Part shown: positions 36,818 through 46,800 of the stretch, piece by piece
How the letters are laid out: every line of letters begins with the position of its first letter
How positions within the stretch are numbered: the first letter of the stretch is position 1
DNA from: Lachnospiraceae bacterium
GTDB taxonomy: Bacteria > Spirochaetota > Spirochaetia > Treponematales > Treponemataceae
Direction: 5' to 3'
Length of the DNA stretch: 64,000 nucleotides
NCBI GenBank assembly: GCA_963651875.1
Contig: CAVJSA010000001.1
Span: 26,534-90,533, forward strand
Notes under the pieces: generated by a model
Told to the model about the DNA's origin: nothing
What the model saw: the letters and a program-made list of their open reading frames with translations, nothing else
Databases searched by the model: none
Position numbers and translations under genes: made by a program

Positions 36818-36893
36818 CGCCTAACTCTATGACGCAAGATAAAGGTTTGTCGTACAAACACAAATAATTATATAAGTAATATAGAGTTAGGCG
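36818..36893. other. long-range inverted repeat in the divergent intergenic region
   Basis: CGCCTAACTCTAT (36818-36830) pairs with ATAGAGTTAGGCG (36881-36893) and encloses GTTTGT-CGT-ACAAAC. Confidence 0.6.
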
Positions 36894-37170
36894 GAGCACA
36901 GTGCTTTTTTGCGTGGTATTTTGTATTTTTCTACTATATTATGCTTGTGGTACATAATAAGAATATAGTATAATAAAAACAATACAAAAGACTATTGAAA
37001 TAAAAATGTAAAAAAGTTAATTTTGTATTAAAAGCCAATTAGTCAGATGATAATACCTATTTTTTTTGAAAAATCTATAAAATACAGAATTTTTTTAGGC
37101 TAAAAGCCTAAAATGTCAGATTTTAGTACTTAATTTTGAACCGACACGTGTCGGTCGTAAGGAGTAATAA

Positions 37171-37509
37171 TTGGAAATCGAAACAGGTCGTAATTATTCA
37201 ATGGCAGAAATCTGTTCATTACTGAATTACAACGAAAAAACAATAACTAAGAAAATTAAAAAACTGGAAATAAAGCCTGTTGGAAAAATAGGCAACAAAC
37301 GTGTATTTAGTGCGGAAGATGTCCAGAAAATAGAAAAATATAAACCAATGGCATTTAATCCTAAAACGGAATTTTTTAGAGTAAGTGTTTTAATTGGGAA
37401 TCACTGGATTGTAAAAAATGCAGGATTAACAAAAAAACAGGCTGGGGAGCGTATAAAAAAATTTAAGGCAGACGGTTATTTTGCGCAGTGCCGTAGTTGT
37501 AAAAAATGA
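37171..37509 (+). CDS. small HTH DNA-binding protein (MerR/excisionase-like)
   Basis: YSMAEICSLLNYNEKTI..RVFSAEDV; TTG start after TAAGGAG. Confidence 0.65.
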   Translation: MEIETGRNYSMAEICSLLNYNEKTITKKIKKLEIKPVGKIGNKRVFSAEDVQKIEKYKPMAFNPKTEFFRVSVLIGNHWIVKNAGLTKKQAGERIKKFKADGYFAQCRSCKK

Positions 37510-37542
37510 ACCGACACGTGTCGGTCGTAAGGGATTAAATAA

Positions 37543-38121
37543 ATGGCAGGCGGATATTTTTCTAAAAACGTTAAAAAGACTTTTGCAGAAGAAATAAAAC
37601 AAAGTAAAAACTTTTTTTATGAATTAAAACTTGGAATCGGAAAATGTGGTTTTCCTGAGTTACCAGAAGTTATTGAATATTTATTTGTGGAAATGGAAAT
37701 TCTGCATAGACAGCGTTCAAGGTTTATGAAAAAGAATAAAGGATTTATAAAACGATTCTTTATAAAGTATGACAATTTAACTGATATGTACGAACCTTAT
37801 TTTAATTTTCTTTTACTTTCTAATAAAACAAAAGAAAACTCAGAAATTTTTAAACTTCATTTACAAAATTATCATCAATGGCATAATGTCTGGTGCTTGA
37901 TTCATAAAAATTTTGATGATGTTGTAGTAAAACTTGAACCACTTGAAAATGAAAATGCAGAAACAATTATAAATGACTTTTTTAAGCAGCCGACAATCGA
38001 AGAAACTCCAATGCTTGGTGAAGAACAACAAAAAGAAATTCTTAAAAATCACAGGACTGTTTCTTTAGGTGGCATTTTTAAGGAAATCAAGAACCGACAC
38101 GTGTCGGTCGTAAGGGATTAA
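37543..38121 (+). CDS. Rep_1-like protein lacking the HUH motif, paralogue 1
   Basis: GFIKRF...YEPYFNFLL in place of HPHFH; RTVSLGGIFKEIK matches the Rep_1 C-terminal motif. Confidence 0.5.
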   Translation: MAGGYFSKNVKKTFAEEIKQSKNFFYELKLGIGKCGFPELPEVIEYLFVEMEILHRQRSRFMKKNKGFIKRFFIKYDNLTDMYEPYFNFLLLSNKTKENSEIFKLHLQNYHQWHNVWCLIHKNFDDVVVKLEPLENENAETIINDFFKQPTIEETPMLGEEQQKEILKNHRTVSLGGIFKEIKNRHVSVVRD

Positions 38122-38125
38122 AAAA

Positions 38126-38701
38126 GTGGCAGGCGGATATTTTTCTAAAGAATTAAAAAAATCTTTTGCCAAAAAAATAAAAACAAGTGAAAACTTTTTT
38201 TGCAAAATAAAACTTTCGATTGGACTGTGTGATTTTGTTGAATTACAAACGGTTTGCAAATATTTGTTCGGTATAAATGAACTTCTTGATAAAAAGAAAT
38301 TTTACTTTATTAGTGGACAAAGTTTTATTAAGAGATTTTTTATTCTCTATGACAAAATGACAGGAATGTTTGAACCGTGTTTTATTCTTCTTTTACTTTC
38401 TACTAAAAGCAGGATAAAAAGCGAAATATATAAAATTCGTGTAAGTATTTATATTCGCTATCTTAGTTTATGGTGCAGGTTGAATAAAAGTTTTTATGAA
38501 AACTCAGTTGTTGTTGACCAATTAGAAAACGGAATGGCAGAAGAAATTATCAATGAATTTTTAAAAAAAACAACAATCGAAGAAAATTCAATGATTGATG
38601 AAGAAACCTTAAAAACTAATTGCAAAAATTATCCTAGCGTTACATTGACAGGAAGTTTTAAAAGTATAAAACAAAGATACTTGTCAGCGGTTGAACGATA
38701 G
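38126..38701 (+). CDS. Rep_1-like protein lacking the HUH motif, paralogue 2
   Basis: GTG start, identical MAGGYFSK, colinear similarity to 37543-38121. Confidence 0.5.
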   Translation: MAGGYFSKELKKSFAKKIKTSENFFCKIKLSIGLCDFVELQTVCKYLFGINELLDKKKFYFISGQSFIKRFFILYDKMTGMFEPCFILLLLSTKSRIKSEIYKIRVSIYIRYLSLWCRLNKSFYENSVVVDQLENGMAEEIINEFLKKTTIEENSMIDEETLKTNCKNYPSVTLTGSFKSIKQRYLSAVER

Positions 38702-38794
38702 AAAATGTTCGACCGACACGTGTCGGTCGAAAGTAAGTGAGTTTTGTAATTTTGCCCCCGATTGTATTCAATTTTACAGCAGCAAAAAAGAGCC

Positions 38795-38849
38795 AATGGC
38801 GAGTTAGGACAAGTTAGAGCGACAAAATGGCAAATTAGGACGAGTTAGA
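38795..38849 (+). repeat. 24-bp direct repeat just upstream of the relaxase (candidate oriT or operator)
   Basis: AATGGCGAGTTAGGACAAGTTAGA versus AATGGCAAATTAGGACGAGTTAGA, 21/24 identical. Confidence 0.6.
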
Positions 38850-38869
38850 AAAAAAAGGAAGAAATTATT

Positions 38870-40054
38870 ATGTTGTCAAAAAATATATTTACAGATAAAT
38901 GGGAAGAAGATTTATACAAGATTAAAAAAGCGTATAAAAAAGACGATGTAAGTTATCTTAATAACCTGTTAAAAAAACTCAGCCGACCGACACGTGTCGG
39001 TCGTAAAGGTTCTAAAAGTTTTTCTGGCGGTAACGCAGTCTTTTTTGAACCGACACGTGTCGGTTCAATGGATTCTAAACAGCAACGTGTAACTTTTAAA
39101 ATGACTTATAGTAATTCAAAGCAAGCTCACGACAAATATCTTAATACCTATATGACGCAACAAAACAGAGAAGAAGTAACTCAAAAACCTGTTCTTTTTG
39201 GTACAGAGGTAGATGTTTATAATGAAAATCAAGTTGATAACCATTTTAAGTGTATTATTTCCCCAGAGAATCAAAACGCAGACCTTGAGATTTTGACAAG
39301 AACGTTTGTAAAACATCTTGAAGCCCAGACTGGATATAAATTTTACTGGCAGGCAGCTATTCATAGCAACACTGAACATAAGCACGCTCATTTATGTATA
39401 AACGGAAAAGACCAGAACGGAAAGGACGTTTATTTTCAAAAAGAAATGATAAAAAGAACAATGCGAGAAACTCTTTCAAATATTGCAACAAAACTGTTAG
39501 GCAATAGAACGGAAGCAGAAATTCAAGCTGGAAGAAAAAATCTTATAACAGCTATGCGCTGGACTGAACTTGATGAACGTATAAAGAATTCTGCATCGTT
39601 GTTTTTTCCTACATTAGATTCTGTATTACAAAATCGTATTGCGTTTTTAATCCAGAATAATCTTGCATCTAAAAATGATGAAAATTGTTCTTTAAGGGAA
39701 GAGTGGGAAGACGTATTAAAAGCAACTGGACGGTACAATACTTATTTTGAAAAATATCAAAAATTGAATGGAAATCTTGAACTTTATTCTGGTGGTAGCG
39801 TTATTGGAAAAGTTGTTGATTTAATCAGTTTTGATAAAGATGAAAGTTGGAATGATGCTTTAATAATCAATGATGGACAGAAAAATATTTATGTTCCAAT
39901 TTATCAGCTGCAAAAAGAAGATTTAATCGGCAAAACTGTGTCTGTAAAAGGTGGAAACAGGAAACTTGCCAGACAGATAAAAAATTCTGATATTAGAGTT
40001 TTAGACGAAAATAAAAATATTCAAAATCTTAAAAACAAGAATATAAAAAGATAA
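38870..40054 (+). CDS. MOBP/VirD2-like relaxase
   Basis: QRVTFK, HFKCIISPE and AAIHSNTEHKHAHLCING (H...HxH). Confidence 0.85.
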   Translation: MLSKNIFTDKWEEDLYKIKKAYKKDDVSYLNNLLKKLSRPTRVGRKGSKSFSGGNAVFFEPTRVGSMDSKQQRVTFKMTYSNSKQAHDKYLNTYMTQQNREEVTQKPVLFGTEVDVYNENQVDNHFKCIISPENQNADLEILTRTFVKHLEAQTGYKFYWQAAIHSNTEHKHAHLCINGKDQNGKDVYFQKEMIKRTMRETLSNIATKLLGNRTEAEIQAGRKNLITAMRWTELDERIKNSASLFFPTLDSVLQNRIAFLIQNNLASKNDENCSLREEWEDVLKATGRYNTYFEKYQKLNGNLELYSGGSVIGKVVDLISFDKDESWNDALIINDGQKNIYVPIYQLQKEDLIGKTVSVKGGNRKLARQIKNSDIRVLDENKNIQNLKNKNIKR

Positions 40055-40090
40055 TTGAACCGACACGTGTCGGTCGTAAGGAAAAGAAAA

Positions 40091-40321
40091 ATGCTTATTA
40101 AAATTATATCAATCGGCTTTTTATGTATTGCAATACTTTTGCTGTTTGTTTTTTTAATTCACTTAATAAGAAACAGGGTGCACTGGACTTTTTTAATAGG
40201 CACTTTATTTTTTATGGGAGCTTTTTCTTACATTGCATATACAATTTATAAAACACCAGAATCTGAAATTTACAGAAATGTAAATGTCGCTTCGTTTATA
40301 AATGAAAATGCAGAAAATTAA
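40091..40321 (+). CDS. small two-TM membrane protein
   Basis: ATG 40091 after TAAGGA; flanked by two palindrome copies. Confidence 0.6.
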   Translation: MLIKIISIGFLCIAILLLFVFLIHLIRNRVHWTFLIGTLFFMGAFSYIAYTIYKTPESEIYRNVNVASFINENAEN

Positions 40322-40447
40322 CAAATGAACCGACACGTGTCGGTCGGATTATCCGTAATGTTCTGTATTTATATTATTTTGACATTGTACAATATTTAAT
40401 ATAAACTCTTTTATAAGTATCTGCTTCGCCCAATTTAGAGGATACTT

Positions 40448-41152
40448 ATGAGTATAAAAAACTACCAGCCAGAAGGAAAGGTTATTACACCTTTCAATTT
40501 GCAGTTATCCCATTACGATATGCTGTGTGGTGAAAAAGACAAACAGATAAAAATACTGCGTTTTGTTGTTGTTATTGCCTGTCTGTCTTTTTTTCTTTCA
40601 CTTGGAATTACTTTTTATGCTGTTAATCTGCCAGAATCTATTCCAGTTTTAGTAACAATGAATGATTTTGGAGAAACTTCTTATGTCGGTGCAGTAAGCC
40701 GAAAAAACTTTCAGAATTTTAATGTTCCAGAAATTGCAGTTGAATATCAAGTAAAAAAATTCATTGAACTTTATTACACGTTAAGTACGGATAAAGTTGT
40801 TATGAAATCAAATCTAGCAACTGTATACCATTTATTGAATACCCAGTCTGCACAAAAGCTAAATATTTTAACAAAAGAAACCAATCATTATGCAGACTTT
40901 GGAGATTATACAAGAGAAGTATTTTTTCAGACAGAACCGTTAAAACTATCAAAAGACAGTTATCAAGTTGATTTTGAAGTTACAAAACGAACATTGAGTG
41001 GCGAAACACAGGATAAGTTTTATTACCGTTGTGTTTTGACCGTTCGGATGCTAAAGCCTACTGACGATGACATAAAATTTAATCCGTTAGGAATCTATAT
41101 AACCAACTTTGACTTTAAAGAAATTCAACAGCAAAAGACAGGAAGAAAATAA
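40448..41152 (+). CDS. trbF: T4SS TrbF/VirB8
   Basis: Single TM helix, SYQVDF, NPLGIYITNF. Confidence 0.85.
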   Translation: MSIKNYQPEGKVITPFNLQLSHYDMLCGEKDKQIKILRFVVVIACLSFFLSLGITFYAVNLPESIPVLVTMNDFGETSYVGAVSRKNFQNFNVPEIAVEYQVKKFIELYYTLSTDKVVMKSNLATVYHLLNTQSAQKLNILTKETNHYADFGDYTREVFFQTEPLKLSKDSYQVDFEVTKRTLSGETQDKFYYRCVLTVRMLKPTDDDIKFNPLGIYITNFDFKEIQQQKTGRK

Positions 41153-42247
41153 ATGAAAAAAAGTATATTTACATTAAAAATAGTACCACTGATTTTTTTA
41201 GTATCAGCGTGTGTAAGTTCAAAAGACCTTGAAAAAGACGTAAACGAAAATGATTTTTTTGAAGATACAAAAAATATTGAAGAAGAAGAACAGAAAAACG
41301 AAAGTGAATTAAAGGGCATTTATGTACAAGAAGAACTAAAAGTTCAAGATGTGGAAAACACAGTCGTTTATATTGATAGACCTGTTTACGTACCAGAACA
41401 GAAAAATGTTCCAGAATTAGAACGCAATAATAAAAGTGGCTATGAAGCTGCCGTTGAAAGTCAAAAACGTGCTACAAAATCACCAGAGCGTTACAAGGAA
41501 GGAACTTTTTTTTATACATATAGTGAAGATTTAGTTTTTGAAGTTTATGCACAGCCATATCATTTAACGGACATTATTCTTGAAGCTGGTGAAATTGTTA
41601 ATGCAACTCCGTTACTTTCTGAAGGTGAAGAAGTCTGGGAATTAACAGCAGGTGTTGCTAAAGACCCATTAACTCAACAAGACATTCAGCATATTTTTAT
41701 TAAACCTGCGTATTCAAAATTGGATTCAAGCCTTGTAATTATTACAAATCGCAGAGTTTACCATTTTAGGATAAGGTCGTTTGCAGACACTCATATGGCA
41801 ATGGTCAAATTCACCTATCCAAACAAATTCAATCAGTGGGCAGGGAAAAACTCAAGTTTAAATTCTTCTGTTGAAAGTGATTTTGTACGCATAACAAATC
41901 CAGAACTTCTTTCGTTTGACTATAAGATGTCTTATTCAATGTGGAAAAAGCCAGAGTTTTTACCGACACGTGTCTATGATGACGGACAGTCAACTTATAT
42001 TCAAGTTACAGATTCTGTCTTGCAGAAAAAACTTCCTGTACTTTTTAACGAGAAAAACGAAATTATAAATTACAGCGTAAAGCGTAATATTTTTGTAATT
42101 CCTCGTTTAATTAACAAAGTTACTTTAAGGCTTGGTAAAGAAAAGGTAACTATTCAAAAGAAAAAAACAAAAGCAGTTGTAGTTGAACAAAAAGAGGAAA
42201 GTACAAATGGAAGACCAGACACAAAAACAACAGCAAGCGGAAAATAA
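41153..42247 (+). CDS. trbG: T4SS TrbG/VirB9, lipoprotein-like
   Basis: TDIILEAGE, HIFIKP, ITNRRVYH, PTRVYDDG; LVSAC lipobox. Confidence 0.85.
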   Translation: MKKSIFTLKIVPLIFLVSACVSSKDLEKDVNENDFFEDTKNIEEEEQKNESELKGIYVQEELKVQDVENTVVYIDRPVYVPEQKNVPELERNNKSGYEAAVESQKRATKSPERYKEGTFFYTYSEDLVFEVYAQPYHLTDIILEAGEIVNATPLLSEGEEVWELTAGVAKDPLTQQDIQHIFIKPAYSKLDSSLVIITNRRVYHFRIRSFADTHMAMVKFTYPNKFNQWAGKNSSLNSSVESDFVRITNPELLSFDYKMSYSMWKKPEFLPTRVYDDGQSTYIQVTDSVLQKKLPVLFNEKNEIINYSVKRNIFVIPRLINKVTLRLGKEKVTIQKKKTKAVVVEQKEESTNGRPDTKTTASGK

Positions 42248-43658
42248 CAGCGAAAATCCTAATCAGTTTGCAGCAGCAAGCATAAACAAATCAGACTTTT
42301 CCGCAGACGATATTGCTACTGACAGTCAAGAAGACGGAGACTTGCCACCTCCAGAAGATGAAAACGAAGCTACTCAAATAAACGTAAGTGCAATTTTTGG
42401 AGCTTTTTTTATCTTAGTTTTTTTGATTATTTGTATTTTTCTTATTTTTGGACATAAAAAGCAAAAAGTTAAAAATACTGATATGGAAAAGGCTAGTTCA
42501 AAATATGGCTACAATTTTGACTTAAAAGAAATGGATAAAGAAGAAAAAAAGCCTGTAAATACTTTTGAAAATTCTATATCTCAAGAAAATCCAGCAGAAA
42601 GTAACACTATGACGGACGAGCAGATACAAAAAGAACTAGAGGCTTTTGAAGGTGATGACACTCCAGCCTATACTTATAATACTAATAGTGGCAAAGCACC
42701 AGTAAGAGCAGTTGGTTCAAATTATTCAAATGTTGAACGTCCCGATACAAGAAATTCAAAATCGCCTAGAAAAATAGACGGATTAAAAGGGCAGAGTTCT
42801 CCAGACGCAAACAAAAGTATTGTCAGTGCAGCATTAAATGGTAGTGGCACAACTTCTCAAAATGAAAGAATGACAAAAGAAGATTATATTTTGCAGATGA
42901 TGAATCGAACTCAACAGATTCAAAATCAAGTTTATGGAAGCAATACATCGTCTGGCAGTTTTGGTTCAAATTCAAGTTATGACTATCAAGGCAATAAAGA
43001 ATCTTTCTTTACTAACAATACTGGCAATGGAGCAGGAAGTGGTACTTATCTTTCTTATAATTCTCTTTGGGACGGAACGATTATCAGCGGTGCTTTAGTT
43101 ACTGGCATAAATACGGATAACCCAGGAGTTGTAATTGCTCGTGTAACAGAAAATATCTATTCAAGTTATGACCACTCTTTTCTTTTAATTCCAGAAGGTT
43201 CTTTGCTTTATGCAACTTATAACAGTTCTGTCAGTTATGGGCAGGATTCTGTTCAAGTCGCTTGGAATCTTTTAATCCGACCAGACGGTTATCGAATATC
43301 ACTAGGAAATATGAACGGTGTTGATTCGCAGGGAATGAGCGGTTACGAAGGAAAAGTAAATAATCACAACTGGCAGATGATGAAGGCTTTTGGACTTATT
43401 GCTGTTTATTCAATGATTCAGACAGAAATCAGTAACGATATTTCAAATACGAATAATGAATATCTGCAAAACGCTATGACAGACGTTTATACCGAAGCAA
43501 AAAAACTTGGTAACAAAATTGTTGACCGTGCGCTTGATATAAAACCAACCATAACGATAAAAGCAGGCACAGAAATTAAGTTAATTACAAATATTCCTTT
43601 GGAACTGCCTCCAGTTGAGATCCCAAAGGCTAGTCAAAAATATGTCAGAACAAAATAA
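42207..43658 (+). CDS. trbI: T4SS TrbI/VirB10
   Basis: GTIISGALVTGINTDNPG, LLIPEGS, IRPDG, DSQGMSG, IKPTITIKAG. Confidence 0.9.
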   Translation: MEDQTQKQQQAENNSENPNQFAAASINKSDFSADDIATDSQEDGDLPPPEDENEATQINVSAIFGAFFILVFLIICIFLIFGHKKQKVKNTDMEKASSKYGYNFDLKEMDKEEKKPVNTFENSISQENPAESNTMTDEQIQKELEAFEGDDTPAYTYNTNSGKAPVRAVGSNYSNVERPDTRNSKSPRKIDGLKGQSSPDANKSIVSAALNGSGTTSQNERMTKEDYILQMMNRTQQIQNQVYGSNTSSGSFGSNSSYDYQGNKESFFTNNTGNGAGSGTYLSYNSLWDGTIISGALVTGINTDNPGVVIARVTENIYSSYDHSFLLIPEGSLLYATYNSSVSYGQDSVQVAWNLLIRPDGYRISLGNMNGVDSQGMSGYEGKVNNHNWQMMKAFGLIAVYSMIQTEISNDISNTNNEYLQNAMTDVYTEAKKLGNKIVDRALDIKPTITIKAGTEIKLITNIPLELPPVEIPKASQKYVRTK

Positions 43659-43664
43659 AAAAGT

Positions 43665-43877
43665 ATGAAAAGAAATTGGTTCAGTAACTTTGAATTACAG
43701 GTTATGGAATTAAACGAAAGATTTAATGAATTTGAAAAACTGTCTGAAGATTTTGCTGATGTTGTAAAAAGACTTACGGTTAATTTGCAGGAGAATTCAA
43801 GAGTTAACTATGAATCTTTTAGACCAGCACAAGAGAATCAAAATTTTAAGAAAGTAAAAGATAAGGAGATTTTATGA
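43665..43877 (+). CDS. small coiled-coil hypothetical protein
   Basis: 70-aa ORF filling the gap; ATGA overlap with the next gene. Confidence 0.5.
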   Translation: MKRNWFSNFELQVMELNERFNEFEKLSEDFADVVKRLTVNLQENSRVNYESFRPAQENQNFKKVKDKEIL

Positions 43878-46800
43878 AAAGGAAAACAAAGCAAAGCTTT
43901 TTTTATGCTTTTATTGCTGTAATTGCAATGGCTGTCTTTATTACAGGTTGCAGTTTTTTTTCTAGTTTTACAGATAAAGATGAAAGTGATGTTGAAATAA
44001 CTTCATTAAGTCTAGGAAAAAGCACTTTATCACTAAAAGTTGGCGGACTTGATTATGTTTCGTTAAAAATCACCCCTATAACAAGTCAAAAAGATGTAAA
44101 AGTAAATTGGACTTACGACAGTTCAATTATCGAAGGAGAAACTTCCAACTATGGAATAACAATAAAAGCACTTGCAGAAGGAACAACAGTCTTAAAGGCA
44201 AGTTATGGAAGTTATGAATCTGTTTGTATTATTAGCGTGTCTGGATATGAAGACGGATACGTAGAAACAACAGACCCATATATTTATTCAAATACAAGTA
44301 TTTTACAGACAAGCATAGGTATTACCGAAAAAGTATTTGTTTCTCTTCATGGCGGTAGTGCAGCTGATATTGACGGTTATACTTGGAGCAATGAAAACAG
44401 TTCTGTTGCAGAAATTCAAGCGACTGGTCAATACTGCCTTATTACGGCTAAAAGTACTGGATACTCAAGAATTAAAATTACACATTCAAAGGCAACATAT
44501 CCTTATTATATTGGTGTTTATGTTTTTAGCGATAATACAAAAGTTCCTTATATTACAACTTCAAACAATATTCTTACCTTAAATAAAGATGATGCAGAGC
44601 AGACTATCAGCTGTAATCTTGTTGACGGAAGCGACAGTGCAAAAGACAGTTATTTTTCTTGGGAAATTTTGTCTTCTGATAGTGCACAAGTTCCTGTCAG
44701 TATTTCGTCTAATGCAAATAAGGCTGTAGTAACTCCAAAAGCAGAAGGAAGCTGTACAATCCGAATTACTCACCCAGAAGCAACATATCCGCTGGATATT
44801 CTTTGTCGTGTAATTACCATTGTTAAAAATGTTTATATTGAACCAGACAATACTATTGTTACTCTAAGTGGCGAAAACGAACAGATAATCAGTTCAACGC
44901 TAAAAAATATTGATACAAGCGAATATTCAATCGACGATTACGAATATAAACTTGATGATTATGATGTTGCAGAAATTGTCGGTTACAGTGGTAACCAAGT
45001 AATTTTAAAAGGAAAGGCAAACGGAAGCTGTAAACTCATTATTTCGCACCCGAAATCTGTTTATTCAAGAGAAGTTCTTTGTATTGTAAACGGTCAGTTA
45101 AAAGACGCTGTAGATTCTTCCGTTTATATTACGACTACTCAAAACTATATCCGAACAAAAGTTGGAAACGATGCAACAACATTAAATATTTCGCTAAAAG
45201 GCGGAGAAGACGGTGATGAAGGAAACTTTACTTGGACTGTAAAAAGTACGGCAGTTGACGGTAGCAGCGATGTAATTCAACTTGAAACAGCAAATGGAAG
45301 TGTAATTAGTTCAAGAGTGGCAGCTTCTACCTATGCTTATGGAACGGCAGTAATTACGCCAAAGGCAGAAGGAACAGCCGTTATTACAATTACTCACCCG
45401 AAAGTTGTTTATCCTACAGAAATTCTTGTAAAAGTTTTAGATTCTTCAGCTGTACTTGAAAATCCGCTTTATTTTAGTGGAGAAGGTCTTGTAAAAATCT
45501 TAAATGGCGAAAGTGCAGATTATACTGTAAATCTAAAAGGCGACAGTAAAAAAGATAGTGATGATAACAACATTAGTTATGAAATCAGCGATTCAAGACT
45601 TTCTTTAATTGCCAGTGCAAACACTGTAAATATTACAGCCCCAGCATTAAATACAGGTTGCACAACTTCGACAATGACAATTTCGCACCCGAAAGTTGAT
45701 ACTTCTAAAACTGTTGTTGTAATGACAGCCGATGACGAAGAAACTTTGGATTCAATGAAAGCTCTTTATGCAGACAAGAATTATTACAATCTTGAATATG
45801 GCGCAAGCGTTATTGTAACTGTTAATACAGTTGGTTTTGACGGTGAAGATTCTAGTTATGATTATTCAAAAGCAAATTGGACAACGACAGATTCTACTGT
45901 AATTTCTGTAGAAAAAAATTCTACAGACGGTCGAATGTGCACTGTAAAAGCACTAAAGGCTGGAAGTGTTAATCTTACTGTAAGTATCGAAGATTATTCT
46001 TATACGTTCAAAATAACCGTTTATCCAGAAGGAGCAATTCAGACAGACCCAGAAGTTTATTTTACGACTACCCAGAATGTTGTAAATTTAATTGGCGAAG
46101 GCAGCACAAAAACTGTAAGTATTACGGCATTAAATCTTTCTTCAAGTGAATATTCTAATATTACTTGGGAAGTTGAAGATTCTAATGTTGCAACTGTAAT
46201 TCCAAATGGAACTAAAGCGACAATAACGGCAGTTGCGGACGGTGAAACTGTAATAAAAGTAAATCATTCAAATTCTCAAAATGAACTTAAAATCTATGTA
46301 AGAGTAGGCAGCGAATACGTTATTCCAGAGGTTGACCCTACCGTTTATATTTCTGCGCAGGACGTTATTACAATGCTAAAAGACGATTCTGTTCAAAAGT
46401 TGCAGGCAGTCCTAGTAAATTACAGCGAAGCAGATTCAAACGGATTTAAGTTTTCGATTGATAATGAAGACATTGCAAAAATCTCAACGCAATCTGTAAA
46501 TGGAATTGCCTATATAAAGCCTGTAAGTGCAGGGCAGGCAGAAATTAGTATTACTCACCCAGCAACTTCTATTGTAAAACACGTTCTTGTTGTTGTCGGA
46601 AACACCGCAGAAGACCTTGCAGCGTATCAATATTTGACGACAAGCACAAACGTTGTTGCTATTGGCGAAGGCAGCACAAAAACTGTAAGTGTAAGTGTTA
46701 AAAATTCAGCGGAAGTAATTGTTGACGGTTACAGCTGGTCTAGTGAAGATTTAAACATTGTTGATATAACGACAACAAACGGTGCAACGGCAGTTTTTAA

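Larger units (their letters stand above)
33121..40346. repeat. cluster of 15 copies of the palindrome (GA/CG)ACCGACACGTGTCGGT(TC/CG)
   Basis: 20-mers start at 33121, 34588, 35177, 35217, 35391, 36068, 36715, 37138, 37508, 38091, 38710, 38984, 39047, 40057 and 40327. Confidence 0.97.

Noticed and set aside
33121..40346. Palindrome cluster as a CRISPR array
   Set aside because: Spacing is irregular (tens to >1000 bp), copies lie inside intact genes, the repeat is only 16-20 bp, and there are no cas genes.
41962..41974. Partial palindrome ACCGACACGTGTC in trbG
   Set aside because: The right arm is incomplete and it encodes PTRVYDDG, a motif typical of TrbG/VirB9. It was not counted, although it could be a weak site.
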